The notes beneath the pieces were generated by a model. It worked only from the letters and a program-made list of their open reading frames with translations. It did not search any database and was not told the DNA's origin. A DNA stretch of 64,000 nt from Auanema rhodensis. Lineage: Eukaryota > Animalia > Nematoda. Below, in pieces: positions 53,994 through 64,000 of the stretch. Positions within the stretch are counted from its first letter, which is position 1; the number at the start of each line of letters is the position of its first letter. A program made the translations under genes and the position numbers. The stretch spans positions 8,308,001-8,372,000 of the forward strand of contig OZ059899.1 of assembly GCA_964057225.1 (NCBI GenBank), given 5' to 3'.

Positions 53994-56900
53994 ATGCTGG
54001 TTGTGATTCAAGCTGTAATTCAACTGTTTCGAACCGATTTCCAGGTAATGAGAACTGGTGCCTCATTTAAATTAATTCATAGATTTTACATTCCAAAATT
54101 GACATAGCATTCGATAGATAGTAAATCTGTCCTTAGCAGTGCTTTAGTTCTGCATGAGTCGCATTTTCGGTGCTAGAATTTACACTTGTCTCAGCTGGGT
54201 CCCACTTAGGTTTGCCATCTCATTACATAGATATATTACTAGATCTATTAGAAAAGAACTTTGAACATTTAAATGCTGCTCGTTTCTTCTATCATCAATG
54301 ACTTTAATTTTGATTTGTCTACAACCATTCATTTAGCGCAATACAATTTCTGAAACTTATGTTTTTCATTCGAAAAACTTCATCCTATACAAAAAGTTAA
54401 TTGAATTAAGCGGTACAAATTTAATTTCTAGATCTTAGAAGCTCCTTCATATCATGCCAAGCTTATGACATATTTCTTTCAGAAAATTCAATTTTCTTCA
54501 TATTGCTCAATATATATTGTGTCTAGCTTGAAATATGCTTCAACTTATGAGTTAATATGTTTGTTTTCTAGATCTTAAGATATGTTTTTTACATTTATTA
54601 GATGTCGTAACCTATTCCTTTAAATTGATCTTTTGATAGAAGGATAAAAGCTTCCATGTTTCCTTGTTTTTCCGAAAAGATGAATTTGAGAATTTTAGCA
54701 TTTGAATGCAACCGTCCCATTTTAATTATTTTCAAAAATAAATGTACATTTGTGTGTTTCTGGCGTTAAAATGTATTTATTTCGGACAAATGTACGTCCT
54801 TTTTACTTTTTCTCGGTTTTCGAACGCAACATCAGTTTATTAATCATTCTTTTTATTATCCAATTGAACTACTATTTTTTTATTTGAGACAAGGTCCTTA
54901 ATACTTAACTACAACTGAATGCTTCTCTTTATCAGAGAATTATGGAAAATCTGTTCATTCAGATGTACAATGAATTTTTTTTATCAATTCAAATTCTTTC
55001 ATATAGCTGTTCTGGTCATTAAAAAGAAATTCAATGAACAAAGTTTGTTAACCCTTATAGACCATGCATGCAAATGACGATATACTTGCTCGCAGAGCTT
55101 TATTGTTTAAAGTTTCTTTGTTTTATTTAAGATAAGAGAAGATTATTCTCAAGATGTTCCTTTAAGCAGGAATAACTTTTGATTTAATAAAATAAGTTTA
55201 TATAAAACTCATTGAGTATGACAATTAGAGAAGAATAAATTATAGATGAATTAATGTTCGTGAATAAAAAATAATAAGATGTTAATGATCTGTAAGTAAA
55301 TTTCAAAAGATTACCTTGTAATAAATTGTAGCTGTAACTTAATCAAACTCATTACACGTTAACATTTTTTTACAATATTTTTCAGTAAATTTGTTTAGAC
55401 ATACTATTGCTTATGTATATTATATACATACATGTGTTTATATGACCAATAGAAAACAGAAAAACGGAAGATCACAAGCTTTTTCTAATGAATAATCGCA
55501 TAATAATTTCATGTGAAAAAGAAGTAACCCATGTAACACATAACACTGAAAACAGTAATCTAATATTTTAATTACAATAATCGGTATTATTTTGATTGCT
55601 GTAATGTAGTTGTTTTCCAAAAACACGTATTTTTAAATGAAAAAAAACTAAGTTGGAATAATTCTTCGCCCAAGCGAAATAATTCAAATATAGCATATCT
55701 CATAGGAATTATATCTACTTAAGTTCTACATAGCTTTCGCATATATCTGAAAAATGGAGCATCATTTATCCCTTTTATATTATTTTGACAATGAAACTCT
55801 AATCTGATATATGCTGTTATTTTCATTCACAACTTTCATAATTGTGAGCTATATCTTTCCTTTTTAATTTTATTTCTCGAAAATATGTTTTCTCGACTAT
55901 TTCTAACTGCTTATATCGGTAATCAACATTATTTTGAGCCTAGCAATTTTTGATTATCATGTGTGAATATGTAATGAAGCACCATGCTTTCCATCTCAGA
56001 ATTTTACGAAACTGACTCTAAACATCTCACAATTATTTTTCTTAGCACATTCTGTTAGTATTCTCACTTTGATTATAAATGTTTTTTTAATATTAAATAT
56101 TTCAACTAAAACTTCCATTTAACCCTATTTGGATCGACCTTTACAATGTTTTGACTTATTTTGTCTTTTATAACAATATTTCAATATCTGTTTTTAGATT
56201 ACGGATATGAAAATAGAATATAATTCAACTTTATAGTGTCTTAAGAGCTAAATGTTTAGAGTTAGAGAGCAAGTCTCGAATATTAAGTAACAAGTTAATT
56301 GAAAATGTTTCACAAGTTTAGAAAAGCTTGCTTTTGCTAATATACATTATTCGATTTCAAGAAAAACTAGGATCCATTTATGTAAACATTAATTCTTGAA
56401 AAACAATCTACAAAACATGATATAAATGTTTATATTTGCTGTAACACCAATATTTTATTAGATCACAACAGTTTCGAAGCTTCCTGATTCTTTGCTCCAT
56501 CTAGAAACAACCCTATCTATAAAGTATTAAAAGACAGAAAACTAAGAAAAGAGCAAGGAAAAAAACCTGATAAAACTATTTTCCAAACAAAGAAAGATCA
56601 ATGAACTTTTCTAGTTCTTTTCTCTTTTTCTCAACACATTCTTTTTTGCCAACTACTACCAACCATTTGATGATTTTCATTATCTCCAAGTTTGTGGTGA
56701 GCGCCCGTCGGCAAATAAACGTAAGCTGCACTATTTTTTTATTATTTCTTAGAAACGGGCCAAAATTATTCCTTATGACGCATAGCTTGTAAACCACTTT
56801 TCTTAATTCATTTTTATTTTTCATTTTTGTTCGGAAGTTGTTTGATCAAAGCGTATCACCTACTTTTACAGAATATCAAAATAGTTATAATTAGTACGGT

Positions 56901-59691
56901 ATACAGAAGAGAAAAAAATTGAGATCAGATAAATAATATGCATACCTTACAACACCATAACAGTCGATTTGAGGTGAAGTATAGAACAAATGAGGTTAAT
57001 TTGTTCGGCAGAAAATATACTATTTTATTATTTACTACTAATTATTGAAAAAGTATTACTATAACTGTGAACTTTCGAATTTTTAGAAAGCTAAACCATT
57101 TACTCTTCATTGCTCACTTCTCTTCTTGGTTTTGCTTTATGCGTTCTGCGGTGGATTTATTTTCAATAAACTTGAATCAAAGGCCTGCAAAGAACTTCAA
57201 GATCGTAATAAGCAGGAAAAAACCGAATGTGTGATTCGCGTAAGCATAAATTTGTTGAAACATAGTTAGTAAGTGTATTTAGATGCTAAGTCAAGTGAAA
57301 ACAAACAAACACCATGAACATGATAAAAACGTTACTGCTGAAGTGATAATGACTTGTTTTGAGGAAGAACGGTGAACATACACTTTACTTTTTTTAAAGG
57401 ATATTCATGTCTTACAGAGACGAGCGAAGTGAATGGTCATTTGTCACAGCTACGTTGTATGGGTTTGGAATCGTAACAACTTTAGGTCAAATAACTTGAA
57501 AATTGATAAAACTTTGTTTACTTTAGGGTATAACCGAATAGCACCCATAACATATGCAGGACGTTTATTCTGTATTGTTTATGGTATTTGTGGAATTCCA
57601 ATAACGATGATTATAATTGCAAACGTAGGACAATATTTAAATAATTTTGCGGGAGATTCTCGACGAAAGGTTCAAAGCCTGATTTTACAGTTAAAGATCC
57701 TTTTAATGTTTTAGCTAGAAGCATATCGAACACAAAGAAGAATGTCAAAAGCCTCACTGTCTGGTAAAGAATATAAGGTATATAATTGTTTTAGACAGAT
57801 GATTACATTCAAATTTTAGGAATCGTCTATTCAAGTAACTTCGCTAATTCTTTTATTGGTGTTTCTAATTTATGTCGCTGTTGGTGCAATTCTATTACCA
57901 GCTTTAAACGGTCAAGTAAGTATTTAATGAAATAACTAGCATTTAATTTGAACACTGCTGTTTTAGATTGATTTTTTCAATGGACTTTATTATAATTTTC
58001 TCTGTTTAACAGCAATAGATTTTGGGCAGTTAGTGCCTACAAGGTTGGCTTGATTTTTAAATACTAATTCTTATAAGTAACATATCCAGAGTTGCTTTTC
58101 TGCCTATCACATTTTTATATGTTTGTTTGGGATTGGCCATAACAACTATAGCTATTGGTTAGTGACGTTTTATGATAAAGGAAGTTGAAGAATTTCTTTA
58201 TTAATATTTTTCAAATAATATATTCAAATAATCAAATTATATGCATGTTGTAGATATTGGATCTGAATATATGAAAAAACTTCATTATCTGGGGAAAAAG
58301 ATGAAAGATGCTGCTCAAACAAAGATATGGTTCGGAGGCAAAACGTACACAACTTTTCAAAATAACATTAAGCTCATATTTTGCTATTTCAGCTTGAAAG
58401 TTAGGGATTTACTACACGCAGTCGGAAAAAAATGCGGTGTCGAACCAGCTGTTATAGATGCGCTAGACCTAGAAAATGTTGTTGAAAGAACTATTGCTAT
58501 TCAAGTATCATTGTTTCTAACACTTAAGTTATACAATATAAATATTTTTAGGAAGGAAGAGATCCACCGGATGATACTAATGATTCGGATTCTATTACAA
58601 ATGACGAAATAAACTTAGAAAAAGCTCCTTTGTCTTCCCCATCAAATGGCTCACGATCACCATCCACGGAACACTGCCCCTTTCTTATACAGTTTATAGC
58701 AAATGGTTTTTCTCAGTAATATAGTATATTAAGAACTCCGCCTATTATACCTTGCAATCTACCCGAACTCATCATCAGGAATCCTTCATACAATTCACTT
58801 AACCAAGATATGTCCAGTCCTGTTGAGACGGTTCATATTTTTATATTCGAGCTCTGGCAATAGAATAATGTTATAGATATTTGTTCCTCCCACACAGGTT
58901 TGTAAAATTGAACTACCAGAAACACTAAGCGACGACGAAATGAATGAACCTCGAGTAATAATAATAGAGCCACCGACATCTCGACAGGATATGGAAGAAG
59001 TAAATAACTATCAAGTGAAATTATTATTGACGTTGAACCTATTAGATTAAGCCTATTGCCGTACGGATATTGGGACCGAACACATCAAGCTACTCAATCC
59101 ACTCACGCTCACGCTCTGTTAGTCCTGATGAACATGGTAATCCTTATTTCAGTTTTTATATAATGAAATATAATTCAAATATATTTATTCGAAATGGAAA
59201 AAATGATGAATGAAATGAAATGGAATGAAATAAGTTAATCAAAATATGAAATTCTTTACAGAACCTAAGAAATTCCGAGAGAAAAAGGAAAAATATGGTC
59301 GAGATCCTAGAAAATTATATGAAACATACCAAGAAGAATGGGATCGACTTGAACGATTATCGGATAAAAAGTTAGCTTATAGAATTTTGTAAAATATTCC
59401 CCAACTGATAATAGTTCATTTTAATCGAAAAATATTTCAGATCTCAACCTTCTTCCAGGTATTTTAATAGTTAAAATAAGCCAAATTTGCTGTATTCCTT
59501 TTTTGTTAGCATGAAATACCCGTTTTTTGTTTTTAAAAAAACATTTTCAGAAATTTTACCTAGCTACCTTAGGTTTATTCAGAATATTATTAATTAATTT
59601 CAGACATGGTCCTCGGAGAAGATCTATAATGCAGGCTTTCACTCCTGATCGATCACCATCACCTAATAATCACGGATTTTCTCATCAATGA
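53994..59691 (+). CDS. Two-pore-domain (TWK/K2P) potassium channel family protein with atypical pore motifs; core exons 57087-59691, candidate first exons 53994-54044 and 56938-56973
   Basis: M1 (LHCSLLFLVLLYAFCGGFIFNKLE), P1 (EWSFVTATLYGFGIVTTLGYNRIAPITYAGRLFCIVYGICGIP), M3, P2 (IDFFNGLYYNFLCLTAIDFGQLVP), M4 (ITFLYVCLGLAITTIA), and a long C-tail (YETYQEEWDRLERLSD) ending at TGA 59689-59691. First-exon assignment is inference from phase and splice signals. Confidence 0.88.
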
Positions 59692-60145
59692 AAATGTTAA
59701 CGTATTCTTATGTGCAAACACTTTGAAAAGAATTTTTTTAAAACCAAGCCTGATGTCATACTTGAATGATCTCTATTTACGTAATCTTTACTTTCATACA
59801 ATACAAATAAACATTAAAGAGTTTCTTTATATAGAATTTTATGATAACAGAATACTTTTCAGTTATAGTATTGTAAACGCTTGAAAACACGTCTAGCTTA
59901 AAAAGGTTGAAAAACAAAGATACCTAGCAACAATATTCCCTTCTTTTTGGTTTAAAAAAAACTTTATTCATATCAACAGTTGCATATTAAATAAGTGAGT
60001 ATTTGAAATGTTGGACCACATTTTGTTATATATAATTAAGTGGACATATCACATTATGCTTAGGGTTCATGTAACATTGAGAGTGGAGATAATTTCTTTA
60101 CAAATTTACATGTTTTGGTTTAGATGAATGGAGATGGCAGTCAGC

Positions 60146-61692
60146 TCAAATATCAAGTTGTCCAAAATAAGTGTTTTCAGTATTAAAAGCATAAACTCCG
60201 TCAGTGGAAGAGTTTACAACAATTCCATCTAGCCCATCTGGAGCCACAAGATTTGATTTGGCCCATCGTGGTTGACCTTCCGACAAGTTCGTAATAGCAT
60301 AAATGGAACCGTCGTATTTAGAATCAGACATTCCTGCAAAAAAAATTTTTATCCGATTCTTTTCATTTTGACAAATATTGAAATGTTCTTTGATCTTGTA
60401 CAGTTTGGTTTTTTTAATTTTGTAGCTTCGCTCAAAGACTACTCACCAACTCTAACTGCGCCAGTCATATGCAGGAAATCTCCTTTAGCAGTTACCGATA
60501 CATAATTAGATCTCGAGAAAAACGGTGGTCCCGTAATATCATCCGACTGAGCCACCTATAAATATATCTATGACTTTGAAGTAAGCAGGAAAATTACCTC
60601 GATCGTCTCAAAAACTTTCTTTTGTTCGTCGAACTCGATTAATCTATTTTTCTGCCACATGAATCCACAGCCAAATACTCCAAAGCTAATGAAAACTTTA
60701 TTTGAAGTTTGCAAAGCAGCAACAGGCAATCCAGGCTTAATCATTGAAATAATTACTTCAAACGCTTATTAAACATACCATAAACTTTTCTTGAGGAGAC
60801 TCAGCAACAAACTCAATATGAGCATCAGATTCGCCAATAGTTAAGCGATAGAGATGATATGTTCTGTGCATTCCAGCTACAATGGTTGTGTGAGAAACTC
60901 CAACGCTAGGGATAGAAGCAACATATTCCACTTGAACCTTTTCATCTCCATCATCCTTTTTCTCAGGAGCCTGTATATTGCAAATTATATCAATGTTTGT
61001 TTTAATTTTGATTACGTTTAGCGTCAATTTTTGCCAATCCTTGCCAGTCCATTTGTGAATACTTTGGAACTCAATGCCTCCAAAGCTTGTAGCAAGAAGT
61101 AGATATATTTTCCCATTGTATACAAAAATGTTCTCAGTCGCGTTTTCTTCGGTAGATACGGATGGAAACTGAATTAAATGAAAAAGTAAAAACGATCTAA
61201 AGAATTTCACCAACGATACATATAATATTGATTTATTTTAGTTGTTGTGTACTTTAATATAGTTGAAAGTGAAAATCGTGTTCTGTACTTACTTCAACAG
61301 GAGCGGACCATTTTTTCTCCACGGTATCAAAAGACACAGCATAACCACCAACGAAGCTAACTCTATGACCCCAGTTGAAAGTAGGTTGGTTTACAACTAA
61401 AAGAGATAAGAATAATAAATATGTAGATCTTATTGTTTTAGAATGTGGTCATTGTTCAAATACCGTTCGAAATGTAGTGAAATTAAAAGCTTTTATGAAT
61501 AATGTGAATACCATATCTATGGTATTCACATTATTTAAGAAAATAAGATGAGACTTTCATTCTAACAAAAAAAAACTCACAGTTTTTCGAAAAAAACCAA
61601 ACCTGGTTTTCTGCGAAAACAACATTATGATATTCCGCTTTTGTAATATTCTCAACAGAAGAAAGAGAAGAGGAAATTGTTGCAAAGGACAT
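60146..61692 (-). CDS. Uncharacterised ~331-aa beta-strand-rich protein (possible beta-propeller), 7 exons
   Basis: Exons 61692-61581, 61396-61293, 61168-61016, 60970-60779, 60735-60598, 60555-60447 and 60333-60146 total 996 nt in frame, with TTTTCAG just before the ATG. Repeated strand-turn-W segments (VSFDTVEKKWS, FVYNGKIYLL, IHKWTGKDWQK). Confidence 0.8.
61498..61535. repeat. Perfect 18-bp inverted repeat with a 2-nt spacer
   Basis: AATAATGTGAATACCATA-TC-TATGGTATTCACATTATT, inside intron 1 of the 60146-61692 gene. Confidence 0.95.
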
Positions 61693-63027
61693 GCTGAAAA
61701 TAATTCTTTAACTTCATATTGAATAAGTATTATACGAATTAAAATGTTCAATTATTTTTTTAGTCAAGAAATATTAAAATAACGACAAATGAAATAGAAA
61801 AGCTATTTTTGAAAACATATATGAATATAAAGAAAAAAATATTAGCCGAAATATCTGAAATGAATAGAAAGAAATGAATGTTTCAAGAGAACGAGCTACG
61901 AACTTGCAGGAGACTCAACAGGAGTCTGACTGATGATGGACCTTTTATACGGGCTTGTTTGCGAAACGCGCTAGGGATGAGTCATCAGAAAACACCAAAA
62001 ATATTACGAATTTAGTGACAAAATAACAGGTGTGAGCATTGTTGTTCTTTATTGATATATTCGAGAACTTTTCAATATGTTGAAATAATTGAATTATAGG
62101 TTGATATAGGAAAGATTCGAAAAACATAACTTTCAACAAAATATATAAAAAAAACTTTATATCAGTTTATAGTGGCCATTATTTTGTTTTGAGATAAGAC
62201 TTAAAGAAGATAACTTTGAAAAATACACGTGTATTCTGGCAAGTGTGAAGAAAAGACAATTGAGCACCTTTGCCCGTGCCCATGAAACTCTTTTTCATAC
62301 ATATGTAAGCTAAATATATTACTATAGTACTAAGCAAACAAGGAAATTATATACCACATTTCCAAGGAAATAAGAACTTTTCAAGTTTCATGCTAATTGG
62401 TTTACATGTTTCCTTTGATAAGAAGGCTGAATAAAACCAATGACCTTGGGAGAAAATGATGTCCAGAGACGACTTCTACATCTTGTGAAGGCTATGGCAA
62501 AAAATTGGAAATTTTTGGGTTTAATCAAAAAGTCTGACATATGTTTCCTGCCTGCAAGCTCTTCCGCGATTTAATAATGCAACTGACACTCTCGAAATAG
62601 AAAATAATTTGGGAAATGGTCGATATGTATTGGAGATCACGTATGTCAAGTACAATTGTAACAGAGCGAAAAGTCTTTTGCTCGGTTGGGAACTCATTTT
62701 CATTTCTTTCTACTTTGGTGGAAATATTTAGAATTATGTTTTATTTTGTATTTCATCAAATTCGTAATTTTGAGAGAGAAGAAAAGTTTGAACTTTGTTG
62801 TTTCTTTGTGATAAAGATATCAGAAAATAAACTGCGCTCGCTCTTTTTCTATCGATTTTAGTGGGTGTACGTGTCTTTGTGAGAATAGACGCAGTTCTTG
62901 CACACGTACCGCCAGTTTCGGAGAAATTAGACTTATTTGTTTTTAATGTTATCGTTTGACCAGAAAATATTTAGCATGATTTTGTATAATACTTTTGGTG
63001 CTTCAGGTATATTTCTCCGGTGACAAA

Positions 63028-64000
<973 letters not shown>

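Overview
Eukaryotic genomic DNA from an AT-rich rhabditid (clade V) nematode other than C. elegans. The genus cannot be determined from sequence alone. The supplied ORF track is mostly spurious because genes are split by many very short GT-AG introns (typically 39-48 nt), so I built spliced models by hand. The left half is a developmental-regulator locus: LIM-homeobox lim-4 (5898-10691,+), a ~23 kb non-coding interval, then POU-homeobox ceh-18 (33990-38898,+). The right half is gene-dense: a transthyretin-like gene, ima-3 (-), a probable three-gene operon (syx-2, an uncharacterised coiled-coil gene, elc-1), pfn-1 (-), a small HMG-box gene, a two-pore K+ channel gene with non-canonical selectivity filters, an uncharacterised beta-rich protein (-), and the 5' part of pccb-1. 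No rRNA, tRNA, CRISPR array or intact transposon was recognised. The most interesting signals are: (1) a strong excess of perfect POU octamer sites upstream of the POU gene ceh-18, suggesting autoregulation; (2) preserved lim-4/ceh-18 linkage; (3) a K2P channel with GYN/DFG filters, two candidate first exons and an 18-nt microexon; (4) face-to-face poly(A) signals in convergent gene pairs; (5) an unexplained GC-rich, highly foldable ~125-nt element upstream of pfn-1. None is a proven novel system; all need testing.
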